Below are positions 40,126 through 49,225 of a stretch of 64,000 bases of DNA, in pieces; position 1 is the first letter of the stretch, and each line of letters begins with the position of its first letter. Made by a program: the position numbers and the translations under genes. Source of the stretch: a virus. The stretch is taken from positions 8,041 through 72,040 of IMG/VR virus record IMGVR_UViG_3300017917_002954. One strand, written 5' to 3'. Under the pieces are notes generated by a model. That model was not told the DNA's origin and searched no databases. It saw only the letters and a program-made list of their open reading frames with translations.

Positions 40126-41210
40126 GATTGTAATCCTTTGAGCATGTTTAATAGTTCTGGCCAAAGTATGTTGGTTAATCCGCCGTGATAGAAATGATTA
40201 TAGTTGTGCTCTACAATAGGCAAACAGGCTTGATGTATTTGTTGTCGTTCTTTCACTGTGAGATTGTCTAGGTCTTTTAAAAGTTTAGCAACAAGTTCTA
40301 TTCGTTTGATATCGTCGGTTTCTTCATCATAACTTTCGTCAAACACACTGCTAAATGTTTGGAATCCATATTCGCGCATGTATTCTAAACTGTGTGCCGG
40401 TGCCACTAGAACAAAAGGCATTTCTAGAGCAATGGCTTTGAATGTTTTTTCGGTGATGTGTTGTCTACGACCAAAATACACAGTTTCAGTTGGAACATAA
40501 ACCAAACTATCCTGGGCTTCTTTAAAATTGGTCAGCCAACAACTGGCCATCTCTTGTTGATCTTCGCCCTCAAACAATCTGGGCAAGTCAGCACAATCAA
40601 ACACATCGGTGATGTCCTGGTATACATTGATATACTTTTGTGCTATACTAGATATATCTACATTTTCATATTGGCACATTTTAGGTGCACTGATATGATT
40701 GTGTTCTAACTTGCTTTTGAATATGTTATAAAGAAACAATACTCGATGATCACGCTTGCCAGCCACAATTCGATTGGGACTCATAAATGTTTGAGTGGGC
40801 TCACGATCTCGGGCACGTGGAATTAAAAATGCTTTGTCGTAGCCACGAAACCAATCCTGACAGGCCCAACCGTGATAGAAATAGTAATGTGATTGCCAAC
40901 CGTATTGATTGCACATTTCCTCAACATATTGACCACGTTCACTTACAACAACATGTCCACGTGGATCAGTCATATCCTTGTTTCGTTTTATTACATCATC
41001 AAACAAAGGTTGATGAAGATCCATCCACACTGGTTCCTGGTCATGAAAGAACACATAGTCAGTTTCTATGATATCATCACAGCCTAGATTAAATAATGCA
41101 TCTGGATCAGTTCTTCCTGGTGGATCACAAAAAAACATTCTTGTACCAGGCACGTTTTTACCAAGCCAAGGCCAAAATGTATGGTTGTAAATTTCATCTA
41201 TTCTAATCAT
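40122..41210 (-). CDS. Glycosyltransferase-like protein (ET...TEK family)
   Basis: FMSPNR, VPTET, ITEKTFK, MPFV, GFQTF and DESYD motifs. Confidence 0.55.
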   Translation of the reverse strand: MIRIDEIYNHTFWPWLGKNVPGTRMFFCDPPGRTDPDALFNLGCDDIIETDYVFFHDQEPVWMDLHQPLFDDVIKRNKDMTDPRGHVVVSERGQYVEEMCNQYGWQSHYYFYHGWACQDWFRGYDKAFLIPRARDREPTQTFMSPNRIVAGKRDHRVLFLYNIFKSKLEHNHISAPKMCQYENVDISSIAQKYINVYQDITDVFDCADLPRLFEGEDQQEMASCWLTNFKEAQDSLVYVPTETVYFGRRQHITEKTFKAIALEMPFVLVAPAHSLEYMREYGFQTFSSVFDESYDEETDDIKRIELVAKLLKDLDNLTVKERQQIHQACLPIVEHNYNHFYHGGLTNILWPELLNMLKGLQS

Positions 41211-43188
41211 GTTTGACGTATTTTATATCGGGAATAAGCCTTGTTTGTTTGCGCATGAGTGTGCTGTTAGTTCTATTGAGCAAGCACAACAGCAGAGTCG
41301 TACTCGTTATTTCTGGTTGATAAACTATTTAACTGACTACACTGGGTTTGATTTTTTATGGGAACCAGTGCCTTGGCAGAGTCACCAGCGGCATGCTTGG
41401 GCCAGTCAATGGCAAAAAGATTCAGGAACATATTTAATACCCAAGCAAGGTTATACAGAAACAAACTATAGAACCGATTGTGTACTAACAAGACTACCTG
41501 ACACCAGTTTATGGCAAGTACCCAATCCAGTAGAAAATTTTGATTACTCTTGGCATCCAGATTTTACTGATCCTCCACTGACCTATTACTTTGGTACACA
41601 ATGGCAACGCACCGGGGGTCCAGTATATTGCAACGGCAGTGACACAGTAAAAATTGTTGACTCGCCCAGAGCTGTGGCATTGCCAACACAAGAACATTGG
41701 ACCAATGTCAACGGCGAGTTTGACTGTAGTTGGCACCCAGATTTGTTGGACAATGCCTACATATATCAGTTTGGTACACAACATCAACGCACAGGTGGAC
41801 CACAGTATCGTGTGCCTGGCGCGGTTGATGTCAAGTATGTGGATCAAATAAAAATAAAAACCAATCGTGTGGCCACAGCCATATATGAAATAGATCACAT
41901 GGATGGCAATGCAGGACAGATTCCAGGTACCACAAAAACTTCAAGATACTTTGACAACTACTTGGATACTCTACGACGCATTGCCAAAGGCATACCCGAA
42001 GAACACGAATTTGTTTGGATTTGTAGTTCCATCTGTGACTACAGCAAGTTTGATTTTAGCTGGCATCCAGAACAATGGCAAGCCACAATGTTGCATGTGT
42101 TTGCATCAGACGGAGAAAAGTTTGGAGACACATTCTTCATGCATGTGCCAACATTTCAATCAAGAGCAGATCGTTGTCAGTTGTTGGATTGGTATGATTT
42201 GAATTTTGTGGGTATGTCTGTGCCACGTAGGCCTTTGCCAGTGATAGAACACAACTATGATACACATGTTGAAGCTATCAAGACTATAGATTGGCCAGGT
42301 CCTTTGGCAGTGTTTACCACACACAATACTCCAGCCAGTGTGCCTTGTGTGCCATTGTGGAGAGAAAAGACCAAGACAGTGGTGCCTATGAGTGCAGGTT
42401 CATCCAGTGTTATTGTGCCTAAGGTAGCAGTGCCTTATATCAAAAAACAAATTTACGATTATCCTTATATTGAGAAAAAGCAAAGACATCTACGCAACGA
42501 TCAACCCTTGGACATTGTGTTTATTTCAAACGGAGAAGTTGTTGCTGACTATCACTATGAGAAACTGGGCTTCTATGTAGGAGATAGAAATCGTATAAGA
42601 CGTGTAGATGGCATCAACGGTCGTGTGGCCGCATATCATGCTGCCGCTGAACAAAGCACAACACCGTGGTTCTTTGCTGTGTTTGCTAAACTGCTAGTAG
42701 ATGAACGTTTTGATTGGTCGTGGCAACCTGATCGTTTACAAGAACCCAAGCACTATATCTTTCATGCCAAGAATCCCTGCAACGGACTGATATATGGACA
42801 TCAGGCCATGATTGCCTACAACAAAAAGCTAGTGTTAGGGAACATGGGTCAAGGGTTAGACTTTACTCTAGATTCAGCACACGAAGTTGTACCTATCTTG
42901 AGTGGCATAGCTCAATACAATGCAACACCTTGGTCTGCCTGGCGTACTGCATTCCGCGAAGTTCTAAAACTTCAAGCCAGCTTGCCTGATGTAGAAAACG
43001 AATATCGAATCAGTCGTTGGTGTAGCACAAGCGAAAGTAAAAATGCCAACTGGAGCAGTCAAGGCGCACACGATGCTCTTGATTATTACAATGAAGTCAA
43101 CGGAGATTTTGACGCACTGAAGAAAAGCTATGAGTGGGCATGGTTGGCCAGTTATGCTTTTTTAAAGCACGGTCTGGCTCCAGATTGA
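41209..43188 (+). CDS. Multidomain protein with FDxxWxP repeats and a C-terminal domain paralogous to GT 23239-24165
   Basis: Five FDxxWxP motifs and two FGTQxQRTGGP repeats. C-terminal DIVFISNGE...RVDGINGRVAAYHAAA...AWRTAFREVLKL. Confidence 0.65.
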   Translation: MFDVFYIGNKPCLFAHECAVSSIEQAQQQSRTRYFWLINYLTDYTGFDFLWEPVPWQSHQRHAWASQWQKDSGTYLIPKQGYTETNYRTDCVLTRLPDTSLWQVPNPVENFDYSWHPDFTDPPLTYYFGTQWQRTGGPVYCNGSDTVKIVDSPRAVALPTQEHWTNVNGEFDCSWHPDLLDNAYIYQFGTQHQRTGGPQYRVPGAVDVKYVDQIKIKTNRVATAIYEIDHMDGNAGQIPGTTKTSRYFDNYLDTLRRIAKGIPEEHEFVWICSSICDYSKFDFSWHPEQWQATMLHVFASDGEKFGDTFFMHVPTFQSRADRCQLLDWYDLNFVGMSVPRRPLPVIEHNYDTHVEAIKTIDWPGPLAVFTTHNTPASVPCVPLWREKTKTVVPMSAGSSSVIVPKVAVPYIKKQIYDYPYIEKKQRHLRNDQPLDIVFISNGEVVADYHYEKLGFYVGDRNRIRRVDGINGRVAAYHAAAEQSTTPWFFAVFAKLLVDERFDWSWQPDRLQEPKHYIFHAKNPCNGLIYGHQAMIAYNKKLVLGNMGQGLDFTLDSAHEVVPILSGIAQYNATPWSAWRTAFREVLKLQASLPDVENEYRISRWCSTSESKNANWSSQGAHDALDYYNEVNGDFDALKKSYEWAWLASYAFLKHGLAPD

Positions 43189-43223
43189 TTGTAATAAAAT
43201 TGTAATATTTCTTTCCTTAAATA
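43189..43223 (+). promoter_or_regulatory. Pho-box-like direct repeats abutting a TAAATA motif upstream of pstS
   Basis: TTGTAAT-AAAA-TTGTAAT-ATTT-CTTTCCT-TAAATA, with the 11-bp period of the PhoB consensus CTGTCAT-N4. Confidence 0.6.
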
Positions 43224-43267
43224 AAGTTGTGCAGATGCACAACATCTTATTATCCTAGGGAGATTTC

Positions 43268-44245
43268 ATGAAACGAATTTTAGCATTGTTATGCATGACT
43301 GTGGCAGTATCTGCACAGGCGCAGGTCAACGGAGCAGGTGCTACATTTCCGGCACCAGTGTATGCCAAGTGGGCAGAACAATATCACAAAGAAACTGGCA
43401 AAAGAATAAACTATGCAGCCATCGGTAGTGCAGGTGGTATCAAACAGATTGATAGTAAAACAGTAGACTTTGGTGCCACTGATGATCCTGTGGCCAATGA
43501 CACATTAAAAAGCAAAGGCCAATATCAGTTTCCTACAGTGATCGGTGGTGTAGTTCCAGTGGTCCACATTCGTGGCATTGAACCTGGTAAACTAGTATTA
43601 GATGGACGTACTTTGGCCGACATCTATGAAGGCAAGATCAAGACTTGGAATGATCCCGCCATAGTCAAACTAAATCCTGGATTAACATTGCCAGCTCAAA
43701 CAATCAGTTTGGTAGTACGTGCTGATGGATCTGGCACTACAGCAGTGTTTACTAACTATCTAAGTCAGGTCAGCGCCAGCTTCAAACAATCACATGGAGA
43801 AGGCAAAGTCGTTGCCTGGAAATCAACTATCACGGCCGGCAAAGGCAATGCAGGCGTTGCGGCATTTGTCAAACAGTTGAATGGAGCCATTGGCTATGTT
43901 GAATATGCCTATGTCAAACAAAATAAAATGACCTATGTGGCTATGAAAAATCGCAAAGGACAAACAGTACATCCAGATGACACTACCTTTGCTGAAGCTG
44001 CCAAGTCAGCCAATTGGTCAGTGCCGGGCATGGCAGTTAACTTGAACAATCGAGATGGTTGGCCTATAACAGCCGCTACCTTTGTGTTGATCTATCGCGG
44101 CAGTGACAAGTCTCGACCTGTTGCAGAGTTTTTTAATTGGGCATTTGCCAAAGGCAATCAATCAGCATTGGAACTAGATTATGTTCCTTTGCCTGACTCA
44201 GTGAAGAATCAAATACGTAGTGAATGGAAACAACTGGGTTTCTAA
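43268..44245 (+). CDS. pstS: Phosphate ABC transporter substrate-binding protein PstS
   Basis: Signal peptide plus GAGATFPAP, GSAGG, VDFGATD, RADGSGTT, GKGNAGV, GAIGYVE and LDYVPLP motifs. Confidence 0.95.
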   Translation: MKRILALLCMTVAVSAQAQVNGAGATFPAPVYAKWAEQYHKETGKRINYAAIGSAGGIKQIDSKTVDFGATDDPVANDTLKSKGQYQFPTVIGGVVPVVHIRGIEPGKLVLDGRTLADIYEGKIKTWNDPAIVKLNPGLTLPAQTISLVVRADGSGTTAVFTNYLSQVSASFKQSHGEGKVVAWKSTITAGKGNAGVAAFVKQLNGAIGYVEYAYVKQNKMTYVAMKNRKGQTVHPDDTTFAEAAKSANWSVPGMAVNLNNRDGWPITAATFVLIYRGSDKSRPVAEFFNWAFAKGNQSALELDYVPLPDSVKNQIRSEWKQLGF

Positions 44246-45342
44246 TACACGCAATCGAGCACTTGATCAATCACGTACTCAACTTCTAAATCAGTTAGCT
44301 CTGGATAAAACGGCAGACTCAAAACTCTACGTGCCAGAGCTGAACTGTTGCACAGGATATTGGGTCCTGGATATTGACGAAAAACTCCTAATTCGTGTAG
44401 AGGTTCCTTGTAGTGTATACGAGTTTCAATTTTCTTTAGTGCAAGATTCTGTTGTAAGAGATCTCTATTGTCTACTTCTATCACAAACTTGTGAAATGCG
44501 TGTCCTTCAAACGTTTTATCATCAATCAAACAACGCACACGACTTTTCTCCAAACGTTCAATCCAATAAGTAGCAATCTCTTGTCTACGCTGTTGCCACT
44601 GATCAAGGTAGCGTGTTTTGACCAACATCTGCGCACAATCAACTTCACTCATGCGACTGTTAGTACCTGTGTGTTGATGTTGACTTTTGCCGTTGTCTCT
44701 CCAGGCTCTGGCATATTCTAGCAAGTTAATGTCATCTGTGACCACAGCACCGCCGTTGCCATAGGCATTGAGATTCTTCATAGGATCAAATGAAATAGCA
44801 GTTCCATTGCCACAGCGTTGACAGCCATCACTGAGCCAGTGTTGTGCGGCATCTTCAATCCACACAGTGCTGGTATCAATGCTTTTCATGGGCCAACGTC
44901 GATACTGTTCTATCAAGGTATCTATTTTTGTGCCATACAAACCTACTAGCACTAGAGCTTGATAACTGACATCGGGTATGTTTTCTGGATTCAATATGCC
45001 ATAGCGATCTGTGTCAATGAAATGTATGTCCCAACCAGCACGTGCAAACGCATTGGCTGTGGCCGCATAGGTCAGAGTAGGAATCAACACACGAGGTGGG
45101 TGCATTGGAAATGCCTCGGCGTAGTAGCTGGCAATGATTTCTAGAGCATGTGTACCTGAATGACAGGTCACTGCATATTTTGAATGATTCTTTTTGGCCA
45201 ACCAGTTCTCAAACTCGGCTGTGTGATTGCCGTTCATGAGTTGGCCCGATCGCAGGACCTCGTCGGTGGCGTCTAAGATTTCTTGACGTAGGGTGTTATA
45301 CTGTTTTTTTAGACCAGTAAACGGAATTGTTAAGCCACTCAT
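44242..45342 (-). CDS. DegT/DnrJ/EryC1/StrS PLP-dependent sugar aminotransferase
   Basis: SGTHAL, IEDAAQ, SFDPMKNLNAYGNGG (PLP Lys), GTNSRM and LSLPFYP motifs. Confidence 0.92.
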   Translation of the reverse strand: MSGLTIPFTGLKKQYNTLRQEILDATDEVLRSGQLMNGNHTAEFENWLAKKNHSKYAVTCHSGTHALEIIASYYAEAFPMHPPRVLIPTLTYAATANAFARAGWDIHFIDTDRYGILNPENIPDVSYQALVLVGLYGTKIDTLIEQYRRWPMKSIDTSTVWIEDAAQHWLSDGCQRCGNGTAISFDPMKNLNAYGNGGAVVTDDINLLEYARAWRDNGKSQHQHTGTNSRMSEVDCAQMLVKTRYLDQWQQRRQEIATYWIERLEKSRVRCLIDDKTFEGHAFHKFVIEVDNRDLLQQNLALKKIETRIHYKEPLHELGVFRQYPGPNILCNSSALARRVLSLPFYPELTDLEVEYVIDQVLDCVY

Positions 45343-46285
45343 AGTATGCTTGGAATCCTTCTTCTACATCAACTGTTGGATAAAAATTAAAATCTTTGCG
45401 TGCCGCATCAATATTTAATGCGCCGCGACTGGGAAAGTCTGCATCTTTGTCTCGTACTTCAATGGTTCCTCGACCCACAATTTTAACAGCTAGTTCAGCG
45501 GCATCCAACAAACTACGACTGTGACTCTTGGTGATATTGTAAGTTTTATTATTGGTATTAGAACTCAATGCCGCTGCTACAATACCATCTGCGGCGTCAT
45601 CTACATAGGTAAAGTCCAAGGTTTCGCCGGCACCGTTGACCTTTAGCACACCACCACGCATGGCTGTGAGCATGAACTTGGCAATCACACGATCTTCAAC
45701 ATCAAGTGGACCGTACACAGCACTGGGTCGAATAATAGTATGTGCCATGCCTGTGCTACGAGTGTAGTCTTTGACCAACCACTCTCCAGCCAGCTTCATA
45801 ATACCATATTGTCCCTGCGGTCTACAAACAGCATCTTCGCGTACTTGATCTTCAAAGTCACCGTAGACCATGCTGGAGCTGATGTAAACAAACTTGCATA
45901 CCTTGTGTTTTTTACTGGCTTCTAGCAAGTTCAGTAGACCTTCGCTCATGGCACGTGATCCTAACTGTGGATTGGCATTCACAACTTTCTGTCTAGGGAA
46001 GCTGGCCATGTGTATAATAGTATCCGGTTGATGTTTGCCTATCAACCAATCAATGCCATCACGATCAGCAATGTCAATTCGGAATATTCTATCTGTGGTG
46101 ATCTTTTTACGACGCTCAGTCATCAAATAATCAAGCTCCTCCTGTGGCACTAGTCCATAGTTGGTCAGTGTATCTGTTATGATCACACGATGTCCTTGAC
46201 GTTCTAATCGAGACACTACATTGTGCCCAATAAGGCCCAAGCCGCCTGTGACTAAGATTGTTCTTGTTTCCATTTTAATGTCCAA
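45296..46285 (-). CDS. NAD-dependent nucleotide-sugar epimerase/dehydratase (extended SDR)
   Basis: LVTGGLGLIG, SSSMVYG, YGIMK, RPSAVYGP and DFTYVDD motifs. True start may be 46273. Confidence 0.92.
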   Translation of the reverse strand: MDIKMETRTILVTGGLGLIGHNVVSRLERQGHRVIITDTLTNYGLVPQEELDYLMTERRKKITTDRIFRIDIADRDGIDWLIGKHQPDTIIHMASFPRQKVVNANPQLGSRAMSEGLLNLLEASKKHKVCKFVYISSSMVYGDFEDQVREDAVCRPQGQYGIMKLAGEWLVKDYTRSTGMAHTIIRPSAVYGPLDVEDRVIAKFMLTAMRGGVLKVNGAGETLDFTYVDDAADGIVAAALSSNTNNKTYNITKSHSRSLLDAAELAVKIVGRGTIEVRDKDADFPSRGALNIDAARKDFNFYPTVDVEEGFQAYYEWLNNSVYWSKKTV

Positions 46286-46584
46286 TAAATTTGATCAGGT
46301 TCTTTGAGTCTAGCAATAACACGATACCTGTGTCCCATTGACCAAGGTACCATTTCGCGATGCCAGAATGGTTTTTCTACTGCGTGTTCCATAACCCACT
46401 TGCCGGCTTCAGTTTGTTGCCATTGCCATATGGGTTCGGCAGCATACAAATCAGGATCATCTACATCACCTACAATAAAACTAGCAACAACAACATCTGA
46501 AATTTTTACTGCTTGATCGTTGATAAGACGCCACTCGGGCGCCTTGAACAACTTTTCTGATTCGGGTGATCTATATCTGGCCAT
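46252..46584 (-). CDS. Hypothetical protein with C-terminal WTLKW motif resembling the micro-ORF family
   Basis: Ends ARLKEPDQIYWTLKW and sits directly behind a sigma70 promoter. Confidence 0.7.
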   Translation of the reverse strand: MARYRSPESEKLFKAPEWRLINDQAVKISDVVVASFIVGDVDDPDLYAAEPIWQWQQTEAGKWVMEHAVEKPFWHREMVPWSMGHRYRVIARLKEPDQIYWTLKWKQEQS

Positions 46585-46589
46585 ACTGT

Positions 46590-46618
46590 ATTATAACAGT
46601 ATTATTGATCTTTTGCAA
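46590..46618 (-). promoter_or_regulatory. sigma70 promoter
   Basis: TTGCAA-N17-TATAAT-ACAGT-ATG on the minus strand. Confidence 0.65.
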
Positions 46619-47288
46619 CTAGATCTTGTGCCATTGGAAATATAGCAGAAATAACTCTGGCACATTCCACAGCAATCTGTTGATGTTCTTTTTGGGTACC
46701 ATTGGCTGATCTCAATTCAATAAAGTGAATCCAGCTACGCAAGGTACCGTTCATGTACAATCGACTGATTGTGAGACCTTCGGGCAATACTGCTCGAGCT
46801 TGTTCTTTGGCAATGCCGTTTTTGATAGCCCACTCATATTCTCTTTGAACAGCAAACAACACTCGTTTCTGAGCACGTTCCCATTCATTGGCCAACTGTT
46901 GTTGATCATCAGTGAGTTCGATTGAGTTTTGACGGTTCTTTGTGTCTTGTAATCGAGCTTCACGTAAAACAAATGCCTGGCTTAGTTCTGCGGTAGGGTC
47001 AGCATAACGCTGACTGAATTCTTGGAAACTAAAACTACGATGGCGTAGTATTTGTCGGGCAATGTCCCTGGTTGTTTCGATCTCAATACAAGCATTAACC
47101 ATCTCAAGTGGCGACCAGTGTTGGTGCCGGACGAGGTAACGAATGAGTTTTTCACTAGTCTCCGTATTAAGTTGATTTGCAGGATTGCTTACTCTTGCAC
47201 AGTAAGCAATGAGTTCTTGTGCATCGTCAATGCCCGCCGCAGAAAATTCTTCAGTGGGTTGACTATAACTTACTAACTTTACTTTCAT
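46602..47288 (-). CDS. thyX: Flavin-dependent thymidylate synthase ThyX
   Basis: HWSPLE, RHRSFSFQEFSQRY signature, KEQARAVLP and LRSWIHFIELR. Confidence 0.95.
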   Translation of the reverse strand: MKVKLVSYSQPTEEFSAAGIDDAQELIAYCARVSNPANQLNTETSEKLIRYLVRHQHWSPLEMVNACIEIETTRDIARQILRHRSFSFQEFSQRYADPTAELSQAFVLREARLQDTKNRQNSIELTDDQQQLANEWERAQKRVLFAVQREYEWAIKNGIAKEQARAVLPEGLTISRLYMNGTLRSWIHFIELRSANGTQKEHQQIAVECARVISAIFPMAQDLVAKDQ

Positions 47289-48003
47289 CTTGACCTTCTT
47301 GTTGATTTGAATCTAAATACTTTTTTATATATGGTTCTAAATAATCAGCCCAGTAATTGTGAGCATCTTGTCCAAAATGTGCTCGGTTGTCGGTGGGTTG
47401 ACATCCTTGACCTTCAACATAGTGGCTGAAACTTTCTATGTGCCTTTGATTATCAGCATCAACTTGTACATAAGGATCATGTACCCATACACCGTTGTGC
47501 CACGGCAACTCAAAGTTTTGATCTTGTTGCGGACAACCATCAAAGAAAAACGTTCGACATCCTTGATAAAACAACATTGAATAACCCAGTTGTTTTAGGA
47601 GATTATGAAATACCCATATACTGTTGTGCTGATCAGCTTGCCGACGCCAGCATTCGTGATTGTCATCAGTCCACCATGAATCTAAATGTTGTTGCCACAG
47701 CACTTGGAGATCTGAATCAATGTTGTAGTGTGAATCACCACAGATTTGATGCCATTGATTGTTGTAGTACCACTCTGTTCTTTCGAAACTGCTCCATCCA
47801 ATAACAATTAAAGTACTGGCAGGATTCAGTGTTGGTAATCTTTCAAGCGTGGTTCGTATGATTCTTTGATTGGAACCACCGGGCAATGCATCGTTGATAT
47901 AGTTGAAATGATATTTGTCTGCCAACAATCTAGTAGCAGTCACACCATCCTTGCTGTAAACTTGGGCAGTGTGACTGTCACCATTGACGTACATGGTAAT
48001 CAT
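47263..48003 (-). CDS. SGNH-like hydrolase/acyltransferase
   Basis: VNGDSHT, NDALPGGSN, IGWS and a C-terminal AHF...H. Confidence 0.6.
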   Translation of the reverse strand: MITMYVNGDSHTAQVYSKDGVTATRLLADKYHFNYINDALPGGSNQRIIRTTLERLPTLNPASTLIVIGWSSFERTEWYYNNQWHQICGDSHYNIDSDLQVLWQQHLDSWWTDDNHECWRRQADQHNSIWVFHNLLKQLGYSMLFYQGCRTFFFDGCPQQDQNFELPWHNGVWVHDPYVQVDADNQRHIESFSHYVEGQGCQPTDNRAHFGQDAHNYWADYLEPYIKKYLDSNQQEGQDESKVSKL

Positions 48004-48004
48004 G

Positions 48005-48310
48005 CTACTTGATTTTGTCTAACAGTTTGTCAGTTTCAGGTTGAACAAGATCAGCCACGGCTTCAACATCTACTACAAAATCTACATCGTGAATTTCGTG
48101 GTCCATCTCATTAAATGTTCTAGTGAGCATGGCTTCCATTTCTTCTAACTCCAACCCTTGTTTCTTTAGAGTATGTAGATTGATAGTTTTTTGTCTACCA
48201 CCTTTGAGCTTGATCACTACTTTTTTAATACACTCGAGGGGAATGTCAGTTTTGTTTACATCTGCAATAATACGTTCCCAACGATCCAAGAAATCATCAC
48301 TGAGCTGCAT
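48005..48310 (-). CDS. Hypothetical protein
   Basis: 101-aa acidic ORF coupled to its neighbours. Confidence 0.75.
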   Translation of the reverse strand: MQLSDDFLDRWERIIADVNKTDIPLECIKKVVIKLKGGRQKTINLHTLKKQGLELEEMEAMLTRTFNEMDHEIHDVDFVVDVEAVADLVQPETDKLLDKIK

Positions 48311-49010
48311 CCGCCGCCACCTTAGCTTTTGATGGACGACCGCGTTTTGGCGCAGTTGTCGAAGTTGAGGTAGCTGGTGAAGACTCAGAAGTGACTACAC
48401 CTGGGTGCATGCGCTCGGCATCTTTTTTCATTCTTGCAGCTTCTGCAAGCAACCCTTTGGCTTCGGATTCCATGCGTTGAGCTTGTGTCAACATGTTGGC
48501 TGCTAATGTTCTATCATCAAGTGCACCGTCATTAGATGGTGCTTGATAACCAGGTTGTTGAGTGGCTTTGTATGCGGCTTCAGCTGAACGTTTGACTTCA
48601 GGAGCAACCATACCACGGCTGGCATCAGACTCAGCCAATCGTTTAATAGCAGCCTCTCCCTGTTTCATTTCGTTCAACATTACATTGAGTTCATCGAGTC
48701 TAATTTTTGCTGTTGAAGTTGGAGTCACTGTGACATCTGCTGTGCGAACTTTCTTGATCATTTTTTCAATGTGCAATGTTTCAAGAATTGGTCGACCGTC
48801 CGGCAATAAATTGCGATGTAATGCGTTGGCCAACTCATCTGCTTGTTGTCCAATGTCACTTTCAATTACTTTCATAATTGCATCGTGCCATGGCGCAGGT
48901 AATACTTCTGGATACACAACCAAGCACATATGATCTTCGTTGGGAACTTGTCTGTATAAAATTGCTACATTACGGCCGCTGTGTTTGCCGATGTGTTTTA
49001 AAAATGCCAT
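48297..49010 (-). CDS. Hypothetical protein with coiled-coil and C-terminal KRGRP (AT-hook-like) tail
   Basis: 237 aa with GGAG SD. Ends APKRGRPSKAK. Confidence 0.75.
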   Translation of the reverse strand: MAFLKHIGKHSGRNVAILYRQVPNEDHMCLVVYPEVLPAPWHDAIMKVIESDIGQQADELANALHRNLLPDGRPILETLHIEKMIKKVRTADVTVTPTSTAKIRLDELNVMLNEMKQGEAAIKRLAESDASRGMVAPEVKRSAEAAYKATQQPGYQAPSNDGALDDRTLAANMLTQAQRMESEAKGLLAEAARMKKDAERMHPGVVTSESSPATSTSTTAPKRGRPSKAKVAADAAQ

Positions 49011-49011
49011 A

Positions 49012-49209
49012 TTACTCTCCTTTGTTTTCCTCAGACTGAGCTTGAGCCTGAGCGTGTGCTACAATTGCTTCTAAAAAATTATTGAGTTTGTTGTACAACT
49101 CGCCAACTTGTTGCATTTCATCTGCACGAAATGCTCCGCGGGTACATGCAAGATCAATGATGTTCTTGAGTGCACCAAGATCAGTGACTGTGATTGTTTG
49201 ATTTTCCAT
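49012..49209 (-). CDS. Hypothetical small helical protein
   Basis: MENQTITVTDL...RGAFRADEM, preceded by TAAATA-TCTAC-ATG. Confidence 0.75.
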   Translation of the reverse strand: MENQTITVTDLGALKNIIDLACTRGAFRADEMQQVGELYNKLNNFLEAIVAHAQAQAQSEENKGE

Positions 49210-49225
49210 GTAGATATTTAATGAT

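Noticed and set aside
44220-44573. 117-aa plus-strand ORF after pstS
   Set aside because: It lies antisense inside the DegT aminotransferase and has no recognisable motifs.
45296-46285. Specific call as dTDP/UDP-glucose 4,6-dehydratase
   Set aside because: It has SSM where 4,6-dehydratases have TDE, so only a generic extended-SDR call is supported.
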